Both the position numbers and the translations under genes were made by a program. A DNA stretch of 63,646 nucleotides, filler included, from Globobulimina sp. (Eukaryota), in assembly GCA_003354225.1 (NCBI GenBank). It is 37 parts of 37 records of this genome, joined end to end, with 100 filler letters (N's around TTAATTAATTAA, not from the genome) between each part and the next. Parts side by side here need not be neighbours in the genome. Positions count along the whole stretch, not along the records: positions 24,137 to 25,759 come from PIVH01013979.1; positions 25,860 to 27,482 come from PIVH01013980.1; positions 27,583 to 29,205 come from PIVH01013981.1; positions 29,306 to 30,928 come from PIVH01013982.1; positions 31,029 to 32,651 come from PIVH01013983.1; positions 32,752 to 34,374 come from PIVH01013984.1; positions 34,475 to 36,097 come from PIVH01013985.1; positions 36,198 to 37,820 come from PIVH01013986.1; 29 more parts are not named here. One strand, given 5' to 3'. Positions 24,351 through 36,376 of the stretch are shown here, piece by piece (the stretch's first letter is position 1; each line of letters starts with the position of its first letter). Under the pieces are notes generated by a model that saw only the letters and a program-made list of their open reading frames with translations, searched no databases and was not told the origin of the DNA.

Positions 24351-25278
24351 TTATTGATTAATATTATGTGGAAATATAGGTTTAATTAAATCAAATTCAT
24401 CATGTTTTTCCGTTTTAATTTCAATGGAAGGATCATCATCTCCCAACTTATCGATGTACAGCGAATCATACTCAAAAGCATGTTTTTTAAACATTAAAAC
24501 CATTTTATTCTCGCAAAAATCTATCAATTCGCGGCATTTATATGCTTCGTCCTCGTCGATATCCGTGCTTTTTTTATCATCTTCATCATATTTTTCTGTC
24601 TTTTTTCCATTACAATTTAATTTGTCACCATATTTCTGTACTAAGTCGTCATACAAATTTTGAAAAATCGCATCATTTCGTTTATGAGCCTCAATGTGCT
24701 CTGCTTTCATATCCTTACCAAAATTAAATATATTCATAAAATATTCTTCAGTCTCATTATGAATGCTGACGGCCGTTATAAATTTATTTAAATCTTTTAT
24801 ATTCCCATTGCAATATATCTCATTCATAATATCTATGATATTCTTGTGCTGATTGTCCAAAATTTCAATTTTAAGACCAAACAAATCTCCCCAATGCACC
24901 AAGGATTCACCAACAGTGCCAATACAGTGTCCTTTTAAAAGACTGAGTGCATTTTCAGAATGCATCATTTTGTAAAAAATCTCCGTCAAATTCTGATCTG
25001 ATATTATTAAACATGTAAAAAAAAGCGTAGTCCAATTGTATTATCCCAATATGTTACATCTAAACTTAACTAATTTTAACTTGCTCCCATATCACATCTT
25101 CACCACCGGGATGTTTCGCGACTATATTTGAAATATCATAGACCCGCTCTGCCATTATAATCCATACATCTTTCTTTTTTCTGTGTTTTCTGATTTCATG
25201 CAAATCATATGTTGTTAAACTCGAAAATGAACAGTCTGATATGTCATCTTTTGGAAGGTTTAGAAAGGTTTCTGCCAT
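24351..25278 (-). CDS. Cytochrome b5-hemerythrin fusion protein, one intron (about 25070/25080 to 24998/24993)
   Basis: b5: YDLHEIRKH..DVWII..RVYDIS..KHPGG..HSENA..CIG. Hemerythrin: WGDLFGLKIEILDNQHK, HNETEE, HIEAH, HAFEYD. Confidence 0.85.
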
Positions 25279-25859
25279 GATTCCGTGTCTGCAAAGTTAG
25301 GGAAAAACAGCTTTTTAATATGTATATTCAAACAAGTTCACGCAACTCAGCGTAGTTCATCTTTATTGCAATTTGTAGTACAAAACGAACAGATGTTATT
25401 TCTTAAATAAATCAGGGTGGAGGTTCAATAAATAATGGTATTATCATAACCCAACCAACACAAAACAATGCTACACAACATGCTTAAATGATTTTTTTTT
25501 TACATAAAACATATTGCTACAAATTCTGTATCAGCGTAAAATTCGATCATATTGATAACGATGTCTATTAACATATATATGCCAAATTAACTCCTTATGA
25601 TAAAATATAGCGCCCAGCGATGTTATCAATCCATCACAATTTTCTGTGTTGTTAATAATTATAATAAGCAAAAGTTAGTAGTTAGTACTGAAATTTAGTT
25701 TAGTTCAGGAACAATGCTTAAACGTTCCAACGGGTCGAGCACAGAACATAATGATGTTANNNNNNNNNNNNNNNNNNNNNNNNNNNNNNNNNNNNNNNNN
25801 NNNTTAATTAATTAANNNNNNNNNNNNNNNNNNNNNNNNNNNNNNNNNNNNNNNNNNNN

Positions 25860-27482
25860 TAATGCTCCGGAAGCAACAAAGTTTTATTGGTCAATATTTA
25901 TGGCAAAAAAGGGCATTCATCAACGATGTCCCGGCTATTTTAAGATATTAGATCTAGAAAAAGATGATGATAACAAATCTAATGACAATTATACCCCCTG
26001 TACCCAGACAAAAATTAGTAGTGAAGATTTGAAAGTATTTTTATATTTCTTGCATCACCCAAAAATAAGAAAATATTTAGATATAAAAAATAGAGAATGT
26101 TGGGATAAGTATAACATTAAAATTAATATAAATCAGCAACAATACGCACTCAAATATTGGAATGGCAAAGACATCAATCAATGCCAAACATTGGTGATTT
26201 TAAAACCCAAATCACATAATACATATAAAACAATTTATGCATTATATTTTCCAGAGCCAAACAAGGCCATAGAATGGAGGTGGTATGACCCAGACCATCA
26301 GAAATATTCGCCATATGAACACAATACGTTACAAATATTAGAATTTGAAGCCTCGTATTATGCAAATATTCAAACAAATTTCCCAATTTGTAACAAACTG
26401 TTCCGCTCTGAATTAAACACATTTGATTGTTGCTATTTACACAAATTCTCGCAAATTATGGCACAAAAATATTGTATGCGATATACATTGGATAGAAAGA
26501 ACGATGGCACCTATGATATAATTATGGATCAAATACGTTTAGAAACCGCAAGATTCGGATATCCTCGCACTGTGAAACGACATTTTGACCGGCAAAAATA
26601 TTTAGAAACCATGGTGGGTTTCACTGTCAACAAGGCATTGACGCAAAATGTTACAGCAATCTGTCCAATGATCACCGCGACCGAAACAAATCCGGAAAAT
26701 AAAACAAAAATAATAAATACATATGAACAGAAAATAAAATGGATCGCATTGTTTGATAACACCCCATCAGAGGCAAATAAATATAATTTAACCATAACAT
26801 CCGATTTTAACGAAGAGAAAAGCACTCAATATTCAAGCAAAACAATTCAAGTAAAGCCAGGCATGAATGCCATGAAAGTTAAAACCATAAATATTAAAGA
26901 ACCTGAATTAGTGACAAGTCGATGTAAACAATTTATGTGGGCAAAATTTAAAAGAAATAAAAGCAGACAAACCAGGCTTTGTCAATTTGCAAATGGATTT
27001 TGGGATATTTCTTTTGATTCTGATGAGAAATATACACAGTTAAGAACTCATTTGGACGCAATTTTGAGTATTATACAACATAGCGATGTCCAGCAACACT
27101 TTGGATTGAAGATTAATAAGACATTACATATTACCATTGATGAACAATATGAATATGACTTGTTATGGTATAATAATTTACAAACCGTCAAAAAAACGCA
27201 AGCTGTACGTATTAAACAAAAAAAAAAGCAATCCGATAATACGTATAAAATGTCAACAATGTTCATTATGTATTTCCCAAAACCAGCTATTAAGACATTT
27301 TCCATTTGGCAGTGGTATGATAATAATAAATGTCAATATATACATTATAAGGATGAGAATGAATTATTACAATTAGAATGTTCTTATTTATCCAATTTAT
27401 ATGAGAATTATCCAAAAGATATTGTAGGAAATTATTTTACCCATTGCTTATTTTCTACATTTATGCTAAATCATAAAACATC
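25860..27482 (+). CDS. Protein with two tandem units, each ending in a WWE-like domain; partial
   Basis: YFPEP..IEWRWYD..YSPY..LEFEASY is repeated as YFPKP..IWQWYD..YIHY..LECSY. Confidence 0.55.
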
Positions 27483-27686
27483 NNNNNNNNNNNNNNNNNN
27501 NNNNNNNNNNNNNNNNNNNNNNNNNNTTAATTAATTAANNNNNNNNNNNNNNNNNNNNNNNNNNNNNNNNNNNNNNNNNNNNAAATGCATTCCTTCCAAT
27601 ATGTAAACCCTTTTTACTGTGCTCCTTTAATTGTGTTAAGTAAGCGCTCCTTTAATACAAAAATTAAATAAACAATTAACAACAAA

Positions 27687-29205
27687 TCAATAATGGCAAT
27701 TTTTGAAAACAGGATGGTGTAAAGCTTGTTTGGCAGTGAGTCTTTCGTTCGGATCCCAGCACAATAGCTTCGTACATAAATCATACAATTGCGCGCACTC
27801 TGTGTTAATGAATCTATCTTTAAAATACGTAGCTAATTTGTCGCATTGCACCGGTGACCTTTTAGCTTTCTGCAGCTTCAAAGCGCCCCTCGCATCAAAA
27901 TATTCCTCCCACGTGTCATCCGCCACCAACTCCAACAAACAACTCGGCGGCGCATCTAAGCACTTCACCATTTGATTCAAATGGTCAATGCTGTCATGCG
28001 TATTAAATATCATTCTGCCGTGCACCAATTCAGCCAAAATACAGCCAACACTCCAGATGTCTGCGCTGTACATCCACGGCAATTTAAATACCACTTCCGG
28101 CGCTCTATAATGTCGGGTTTGTATCAAATGTTTGTGTACTTTGTTTTTTTTGTGGATTACCGCACTGCCAAAGTCGATCAACTTTATTTTTGTTAGTTTT
28201 GGTGTTGCATAAATTTCGGAATTGATTGGTCGACTTTTATCGATTTCGTCATTTATCAATACGATGTTTTCAGGCTTTAAGTCCGTTATTATAATATCTA
28301 ATGAATGAATATACTCGACGCCACGGCAAATTTGCCACATTAAATGGATAACATCTTTATTGCAAAATGGTTTATATTGGTTGAGCACCATGAACGAATA
28401 TATAGATTTGCCTAAAAGAGGGAAGACAAACACTGGATGGCCGTTATATTGGTCATCTTCGACAAGGCGAATGCAACACGCGGTGTTGCTTGTGTCGTTG
28501 TCTCTTATTTTCTTCAAGACTTCAACTTCCAGTTGTGCTGCCATTTGGTACTTGTAGACATTTCTAATCACTTTGATGGCATATTTTTGGTGTTTGCGAT
28601 TTTTATTGGTGCCATCATGAGGCACTTGAGACACTTCAGAGCACTCAAAAACTCTGGAAAATGTACCTTTGCCCAGTTGTTTGAGCAGTTTGTATTTGTC
28701 GAGTATTATTAGTCCTTTAACAAACACAAGATATCCTTTGTGGTCTTTTTCGTACAAATCGCTGGATACAGATTCTATCGATTCTTCTGTGGATGAGTCA
28801 CGGTTGGAGTCAGATAATGATGACACCAGATTTATAACTTGCGTATTCGTCTTTGTTGGATGCAATTCATATTTGAATAGCATGTCGTTGCTATTTATTT
28901 CATGTGTTGATGTTAATTATGGTCGAATTAAAAAACGGTGCATGCAAATATTTGAGAAACCGTTGAGGAGTAAGGATAACTTTGTACATACTTAGATGTT
29001 ATTTGCTTCATGTTTGTATCAGTAGTCTCTGTCAATGCGATTTTTGATAATTCTGGTATTTGAATTTGGTCGTTATTTTCTTGCATTTCACCATTCTTTT
29101 CTTGAATTTGTTGATGCTGATTTATCAATTTGGCTTTATTATTGTTTAATTTTTGTCTTTTTGATGGGTGTTGTATTGAGTATTTTTCTCGATCACGCTT
29201 CATTA
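27687..29205 (-). CDS. CLK/LAMMER-family dual-specificity kinase, intron 28991..28891
   Basis: LGKGTFSRV, YAIKVIR, TDLKPEN, IKLIDFGSA, TRHYRAPE, DSIDHLNQM (divergent EHLAMM). Confidence 0.9.
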
Positions 29206-29331
29206 NNNNNNNNNNNNNNNNNNNNNNNNNNNNNNNNNNNNNNNNNNNNTTAATTAATTAANNNNNNNNNNNNNNNNNNNNNNNNNNNNNNNNNNNNNNN
29301 NNNNNACGACAATCACTATGAAAAAAATACA

Positions 29332-30732
29332 ATGTGGCAGTACTTCCACAAACATGAATGTGTACAAATATTCTTTACTAAAATAATATTAGCAAGACCC
29401 TATTCCGTATTGTATGCATTAGAACATTTTGACTCTGCAACCTATATTAGATCTAGATGGGGTAATGGGGGTATATCATTCATGGAACTGTACTCTAACT
29501 ACAGACCAGCAAAAAGTTATGATTATCTATTAAATAAATATAACACTATCAATTTCAACGCAATATCTGAATTTAAATGTTTATGGAAAATTGGACAGAA
29601 TAGAGATTGGAAAAATGGCTCTGCTTTGAGTTTCTTTTGCAGTCATAACGATTATTATACTTTTTTTTATGTTCAAACTACAAACGATGACAGCAATTAT
29701 CCCAACGAGTGGCTGCAATCAACAGGTGATCACTTTATAGGTTATAACAGGGATACTTCGTTGGGTGAGTTGATAACATGCTTTGATGCGGATAATATTG
29801 TATTGAAAGCTGACGGCAGAAGGCATACAGACATTAATCGTTTCTTAAATTATCCAAACTTTTATTATGGAAATAAGATAGGAACACTACACAATGTTAA
29901 ATTGATAATTAAACATTGGTTAAATGTCCAACAAATTGGAAATTGTGTGGTAGATGTAATTGTATCTTATTATCAATGGGATGGGGACGATCGTACAGAG
30001 GATATCCATCCTCATACGCATTGTTTTGAAGTGTGTTACCCATTGATTGATTGTTTGCACTGTAGATGTAAATATTGCTCTGATATGGGGTCTGCACGTT
30101 TTTTACAGGACCGCTATCCGGAAATTGGAGGGTCGTTTTATAAAATATTCGCAAGAAATCATCAATTTAGAGATGTTTTGTTTCGTAGATTTCAACAAAA
30201 GGTTGCTAAATATGTGACGAATATTGTTGATTTCATAAAATGTAATGATAAAATATGCAATGTTTTGAAATGTATGACATTGATGGATAGAATGAGAATG
30301 AATATAAATGAATATCAAAATATAAAAGCATCCAAAGTGCTGCAACAATCGATTGAGAGATGTATTCGAAGGATCGTTAATTCATTGTTGCCGCTGAAAC
30401 ATATTAAATCAATTATAATCAAACAAATTCGTAATCAAACAAAATTCAGCTACATAGAATCGATTGAATATAGAATCAATAAATCTTTTGATATTTCAAT
30501 ATCAAACGCTAGACCCAGTTTATGGCCAGCTGTATATTTAGTGATTGCCATAGATTGGATAAAGGTAGTTGTGCAATTTTTGAAATTTGATTTGTTATCG
30601 GTTTCCCAAGAGAAAAGAAAAAAGATTTCAATGAAGAACTTAAATAAAAAGCTCAAACAAAAAGGACTTTTTGTGGCGAAAAGTTCAACAAAATCATTAT
30701 TTTGTGACATGTTACAATCATCACTAATATAA
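29332..30732 (+). CDS. Hypothetical protein, 466 aa
   Basis: Long uninterrupted ORF in AT-rich DNA; no recognised motif. Confidence 0.55.
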   Translation: MWQYFHKHECVQIFFTKIILARPYSVLYALEHFDSATYIRSRWGNGGISFMELYSNYRPAKSYDYLLNKYNTINFNAISEFKCLWKIGQNRDWKNGSALSFFCSHNDYYTFFYVQTTNDDSNYPNEWLQSTGDHFIGYNRDTSLGELITCFDADNIVLKADGRRHTDINRFLNYPNFYYGNKIGTLHNVKLIIKHWLNVQQIGNCVVDVIVSYYQWDGDDRTEDIHPHTHCFEVCYPLIDCLHCRCKYCSDMGSARFLQDRYPEIGGSFYKIFARNHQFRDVLFRRFQQKVAKYVTNIVDFIKCNDKICNVLKCMTLMDRMRMNINEYQNIKASKVLQQSIERCIRRIVNSLLPLKHIKSIIIKQIRNQTKFSYIESIEYRINKSFDISISNARPSLWPAVYLVIAIDWIKVVVQFLKFDLLSVSQEKRKKISMKNLNKKLKQKGLFVAKSSTKSLFCDMLQSSLI

Positions 30733-31028
30733 TTACATTTTCTCCTTCAAACGAAATCAAAACCATCCAAATGTGATACTGATATCATCAAACAAGCACT
30801 TAATTGGGTGTAATATAGCTGATGTAAGTTGTAAAATGAATTGTATTCAATCAATCATGGTTCATATTTTAGATGTTGTATCCATAAAATCCAACACATT
30901 CCCAGTGAACAAACTAAATGCCATAAAANNNNNNNNNNNNNNNNNNNNNNNNNNNNNNNNNNNNNNNNNNNNTTAATTAATTAANNNNNNNNNNNNNNNN
31001 NNNNNNNNNNNNNNNNNNNNNNNNNNNN

Positions 31029-31480
31029 AAACCAATAAAATATGATATAAATAACAACATTAACATACTGAAAGACGCCGACGACAATAAATTATTCGTA
31101 ATAAATGAGTTGGAGTTGGAATTGGAATTTATTGAGTTTGCAGAATTTATTGCTGGAATAATGTCTATTTGCAATGGGTTTGTATTTATTTTGGAAATGG
31201 AATTGTTGGATTTATTGTTATTGTTATTGTGTTGTCTTCGTACATATAAATTATTTATTTCATTTTCTTGTATTTGTGCATTATCATTGTTATTGATTAC
31301 GGATTTAATTTCATTTAACATTGGTTTCTGCGATGGATCCATATTTTCATTTGAGATGACATTAAAATGTGATAATGGCACATTATAACAGTCCATCAAA
31401 TTATTTGTACCTTTTTGTGGTTTAATATGTTGTAATGGCTCCCTACTGTTTGAATTGTAATCATTACTCAGACATTGCAT
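31029..31480 (-). CDS. Asn-rich hypothetical protein, N-terminal fragment
   Basis: Low-complexity ORF running off the contig, with a hydrophobic segment at the end. Confidence 0.35.
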
Positions 31481-31888
31481 GGTGGATAAATAGTTGCTTT
31501 GCAAACTGAAAACTAGCTAAAGAATCACTTAGTATCTAACCTTGTTGTTCTGTGAAAACCTTTCAAGTAAGTTAAATATAAATTGAGATGCATTTACTTT
31601 TTGCATGTTTGTGAGTGCAAGGATAAGGATAAAGATGAGATAAGATTTGTGAGTGCCAGGATAAGGACGATATGTGAACACCAAATTAAACTGATTGTGA
31701 AAAAACAACGAAGAACAAGAAAATAAGCAATATTTCAAAAAAAACATTAAAAAAAACAACAACAACAACAACGAGAAAAAAGGTTAAAGAAATAAAAAAT
31801 ATAAAGAAATTAAAGGGAGAAAAAAAAATAACAAATAGTTTATTAATAATAGTGTGAAATTCTGAAATTCAAAGAATATAAATTAAGT

Positions 31889-32651
31889 TTATAAGTTTAT
31901 AGATTGTAATGCCTGGCGGGCAAAAAATTGAACGTCTTCATCTTGATCAGATTTGGCAATTTTGCCTAAAATGTCTTTAAATTGCAATTTTAGATCTTGA
32001 TCCAATTTGATTTTAATGAGACATGTTCGGACAACGCGACAAGCCGTAAATCGAACATTTGAGATTGAGTCTTTTAAGGCCGCACACAATAAATCATTGA
32101 ATTGCGACTTGAAATGTTTATTTGAGAGCGATGGCGGATTGCTATTAGCCATCAATTGTATGGCTTTAAGGGGCACCATACGATGTAAATAATTGCCAGA
32201 TTGAGAATAAATCTTTTTCATTTCCTCAAAAACGTATTTCCTCATCCACTCAAACCCAAAATTGGCATTCAAAAGATTGACTTGCTGGGCGGCGGTCTCT
32301 CTCACAGTGGACGCCGGATCTTTCAATGACTGAATCAAGATATCCCTCAATCGCGACTTGCTAAACTTCTCTTTGTTCATTTGGATGCCGATCTGCGCGA
32401 TGTTGGTCACAATGCTGTTGCGGACGCGCCATTTCTGATCAATGGTCACCTCATTCAAAAGCGGCAAGATCTCGCTCTCAAACAACTCAATGCCCAAAAT
32501 GGACGACACATTGCTTAATTTGCTGCACAAATTTAACCGCGTTTGGGGCGATTCATCCGAGGCTAATTTCTTTAAGATGGGCAATAATTTCTCTTTGGCC
32601 ACCGCAGAGTCTAAATATTGCCCAATAAAAGAGATTTGTTCGGCGAGCGCC
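31889..32651 (-). CDS. PPP2R1A: PP2A scaffold subunit A (HEAT repeats), C-terminal part
   Basis: DQKWRVR, LKDPASTVRETAA, FGFEW, NYLHRM, LKDSISNVRF, DQDEDVQFFA. Confidence 0.88.
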
Positions 32652-32754
32652 NNNNNNNNNNNNNNNNNNNNNNNNNNNNNNNNNNNNNNNNNNNNTTAAT
32701 TAATTAANNNNNNNNNNNNNNNNNNNNNNNNNNNNNNNNNNNNNNNNNNNNCAT

Positions 32755-32885
32755 GACTAGGGAGGTGAGAAACGAGTACTTTTAATCAATCCACGCTCCT
32801 GGCACGCAATGCAGTATATTAAAGTGTTCTTCTAGTTTTAAGTATTTAATAGCTCTTAGGAAAAAGTTAGTTGGCACTAGTCAAT
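32755..32885 (-). repeat. Dispersed ~120-bp repeat, copy 2, bounded by TGACTAG/CTAGTCA inverted ends
   Basis: Homologous to 17023..17140. Confidence 0.8.
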
Positions 32886-34179
32886 TTTGTTCAATTATAA
32901 ATTTGTTCTGACTTTGTGCTGGATTTGCAAACCCAAGACAAAGTTATAACAAAAAAGAGCAAACCCAAGACAAACCTATAGCAAAGAGTTTCTCAGATAA
33001 TTGAATCAAATGTATACCATTATCTCGGTCACTCGGTGCACGTTTGTTGGAAACCTAAGAGAAATATTGGGGGGTCAGTATTCACTCAATTACCACAGTC
33101 AAACAGCAATGGAATGGTGCTGTCGAATCACCAACGATTCAACAAAGGAGCAGGAACAGAAACAGTAAAATGGACAGAAGAATGAAGAAGGCAGTCACTG
33201 CTACTGTCTCACCAACGGCAAAAGGAACAGGAACTGTGACACCAACCACACCACACCAAACGCAAAAAGGAACAACAACAAAAGGTACAGAAGAAGGCGT
33301 AGTCACTGCTACTGCCACACCAACAGCAAAAAGAACACAAACCGCAACAGAAGTAGGCGTCATACCAACAGCAACAGCAGCAGTAAAATGCAGAGAATGA
33401 CACGGTCACACCAACGGCAACAGAAAGAGCAAAGCAAGAGTGTTTGTTTTTTGTTTGAGTTTCCACTTCCGCATTGCGTTTCCACTTCTAAAAACGGTTC
33501 CACCAAACAACTACTTTGCACTTTGACTTTTCCGCAATGCTTGTTCCATAAAACATAGCTAAAACTCCACAACTCTGTTCCGCAAAAATAGTGTCACTTT
33601 TGGGGGTTGACTTGATAGGTACAAGGATCATATATGGAAATTTTTATTGTTTCTGAGAAACAAAATGCTCTTTTTTTGTAGGAAAACGGTGATTTGAGAT
33701 GAACCAAGTTATCATATTTTTTTGGTTTAATTTTTAGCATTGTTGAAAATACTGATTTGACATAAACCAAGTTATCATATTTAAAACGTACAATCTAAAT
33801 TTCAATTAAAATATTTTTACAATAAATTATGTTAACATTTTCTGCATTATCTTCCTTTTTTTTTCCTCTAATTTCAAACAATTTTGATCATGAGTTTTGT
33901 GGTTAACGTGCTATCCAAACTATACTTATTTCTCCAAATTAGAAGCATGTTCAACAATTGAATTGCAAAAACTTTTAAATTCTATTGTTTGTGATTCGAT
34001 AAATGTTAAAAAAAAAGTTCTTGAACGTCAACGAAATTTTGTTGCAGGCCCAAGAAACAAAAAAATAAGTTGGTTTCTTTATGTATAAAATATAAAATGA
34101 AGGCTCATCATGTTTTCAACGTTGTTGCAAAACGATATTTTCTGTTTGTAAAAGACAGATCCTGACGAAGTAAATTTTA

Positions 34180-34374
34180 TGCCAAGTGCAGCCAGACCAG
34201 CTTCATTGGCCAGCGTCGCATCATCCAGAAAGGATAGTGCCATGTCCAAGGCCTGAGGCCGGGCGATCTGTGCCAGTTGACTCAAGGCAAGCCTTTTCTC
34301 TTCAGCGCGGCGCGCAAGCTTTAGAGCATCCTGCAGAAAGGCCAGTTTGCGTGCGGGATCGGCTTCGTGAGCGC
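34180..34374 (-). other. GC-rich bacterial-type HEAT-like CDS fragment fused to host DNA
   Basis: KLARRAEEKRLALSQLAQIARPQALDMALSFLDDATLANEAGLAALGI. Sharp GC shift near 34180. Confidence 0.6.
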
Positions 34375-34630
34375 NNNNNNNNNNNNNNNNNNNNNNNNNN
34401 NNNNNNNNNNNNNNNNNNTTAATTAATTAANNNNNNNNNNNNNNNNNNNNNNNNNNNNNNNNNNNNNNNNNNNNTGTCCCTGTTTTAGTTTTGATATGCA
34501 GTAATAACTTCTTAAAATATAAATAACAAAAAGTTCCAATATTGAAAACAATGGTATAAGATATTTAATGACATGGGACGTTTTGCTATGGAGCGCTGTA
34601 AAAAAAGTAGAACATTATAAATGTAGCAAA

Positions 34631-35596
34631 CTATTGATAATGTGATCGATTAAGCTGTCGAATAAATTTTACGTTTGCACATTCATTATTTGTTTGATTT
34701 TGTAGCCAAAAAGAATGCGAAATTGGCACATTTTCATCATGCACTCCATGCAAACAATAAATTTGAATATCTTTCCCAATGTCACAGATTTGTTGAATGT
34801 TAAATCCCCATTCATTGTAATTATGGATAATATATAAATCCTTCAAAACTGCAGCAATTCCATTATTAAACGCAGTTTTCATATTAATTATAATTCCTCT
34901 CACAAACTGTGGGTATTTGCTCAATATTTCTTTATCAGGAAAGTCTGAATTGGAAATTGAAGCCTTTTCATCCATAGTCATTGCATTCAAATATAAAAAA
35001 AAAGCGCCAATATATGGTGGTAAACTAAACAATATTTTGCCTCCAATTTGCATTCCATTCAAAGAATGTTTGAACTCATTAATTGGCGCTATGCCGACAA
35101 GACATATTATGCCAAATAAACGTGAATGAGGAATGGCAACGGCTGCAGCCAATGCATATGGGCCACCTCCCGATGTGCCCAAAATTAAAAACTTATCTAT
35201 GCGTAATTCATCAGCAAATAGTAACACATTCCGTGCAAATAACAGTGGATTATAATCATAATAAGATGACAAGCCACAGCCCGGACGGTCTATAGATATA
35301 AGCCGCAGAGTGGATGTCTCCATATCGCCAAATATGTCATCAAATAAATTAGCAAATTCAAGACGAGATGATGGAAGTCCGTGGAATGAAATAATCACAT
35401 TTTTTCCATTTACATTGCCATGCTCCGCGTACCCGATTGTTATGTTATTTACTTGTAATTGTTGATGTAATGGATGATGAGGTTTAGTGGAAATCGGGAC
35501 AACCAATTGTGAATTTTGTAATAACATTGCCAGATATATTGAAATGAGCAGAATAATCAAACCCAAACCACTTAAACAGTTGACACAAACACCCAT
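34631..35596 (-). CDS. Alpha/beta hydrolase (Abhydrolase_1)
   Basis: IGYAEHG, FHGLPSSRLE, IDRPGCGLS, LGTSGGGPYALA, LHGVHDENVP; N-terminal TM helix. Confidence 0.9.
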   Translation of the reverse strand: MGVCVNCLSGLGLIILLISIYLAMLLQNSQLVVPISTKPHHPLHQQLQVNNITIGYAEHGNVNGKNVIISFHGLPSSRLEFANLFDDIFGDMETSTLRLISIDRPGCGLSSYYDYNPLLFARNVLLFADELRIDKFLILGTSGGGPYALAAAVAIPHSRLFGIICLVGIAPINEFKHSLNGMQIGGKILFSLPPYIGAFFLYLNAMTMDEKASISNSDFPDKEILSKYPQFVRGIIINMKTAFNNGIAAVLKDLYIIHNYNEWGFNIQQICDIGKDIQIYCLHGVHDENVPISHSFWLQNQTNNECANVKFIRQLNRSHYQ

Positions 35597-35629
35597 TTAG
35601 ATTCCAAAGTGATCTTAAAAGATTTTTGT

Positions 35630-36097
35630 TTGATGATGTCTTCTTGTTGGTTGTTGGTAGTGTTGTTTGCTACCATTTGTCTTGAATCAAACGATTGTAA
35701 GTCTGATGATAATGCATTAACACAATTCCTATCATTATGCATTAAAAATCCAGCGCAGAAAGAACAAGTACAGAAAAAATTAGATGATGAAGAAATTGAT
35801 TATAACGCATTATTTCAATTATCAGAAGATGATATCCGCGCAACATTCAAAGAGATTGGCATTAGATCATTGCATATTGGTTTAATTATCAGTAACTTAC
35901 ATAATATCAAAGGTTCCGGTGTTCAAAAATATCCATCACATTCTGTAACTTCATCCATTGTGATATTAAATAATGAGCAAAATAAATATATATTAGAATT
36001 AAATCAAAATATAGCAAATGTTAAAAACAATATTGCCAAATTAGAGCAGAATATGGTTGAAATGAATGAATCCGCTCAAAGCATTACCTTACAAATT
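35630..36097 (+). CDS. SAM + coiled-coil protein fragment
   Basis: KLDDEEIDYNALFQLSEDDIRATFKEIGIRSLH. Hydrophobic N-terminus may be chimeric. Confidence 0.55.
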
Positions 36098-36197
36098 NNN
36101 NNNNNNNNNNNNNNNNNNNNNNNNNNNNNNNNNNNNNNNNNTTAATTAATTAANNNNNNNNNNNNNNNNNNNNNNNNNNNNNNNNNNNNNNNNNNNN

Positions 36198-36315
36198 AAC
36201 TAAATAGTTGCATATTTTCGTTTTTGTATTGAAATAATGACTAAATAGTTGCCAATTTTCGTTTTTGTCACTAAATAGTCACAAATAGTCACTAAATAGT
36301 CACATAGTGACTAAT
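36198..36315 (+). repeat. Short tandem ACTAAATAGT repeats
   Basis: Four exact copies plus degenerate ones, upstream of the MutS gene. Confidence 0.7.
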
Positions 36316-36376
36316 TAACTTGTGTAGGCTCACAATAACTCGATTCAGTTTTGAACCATCAAATCCCGACAATGCT

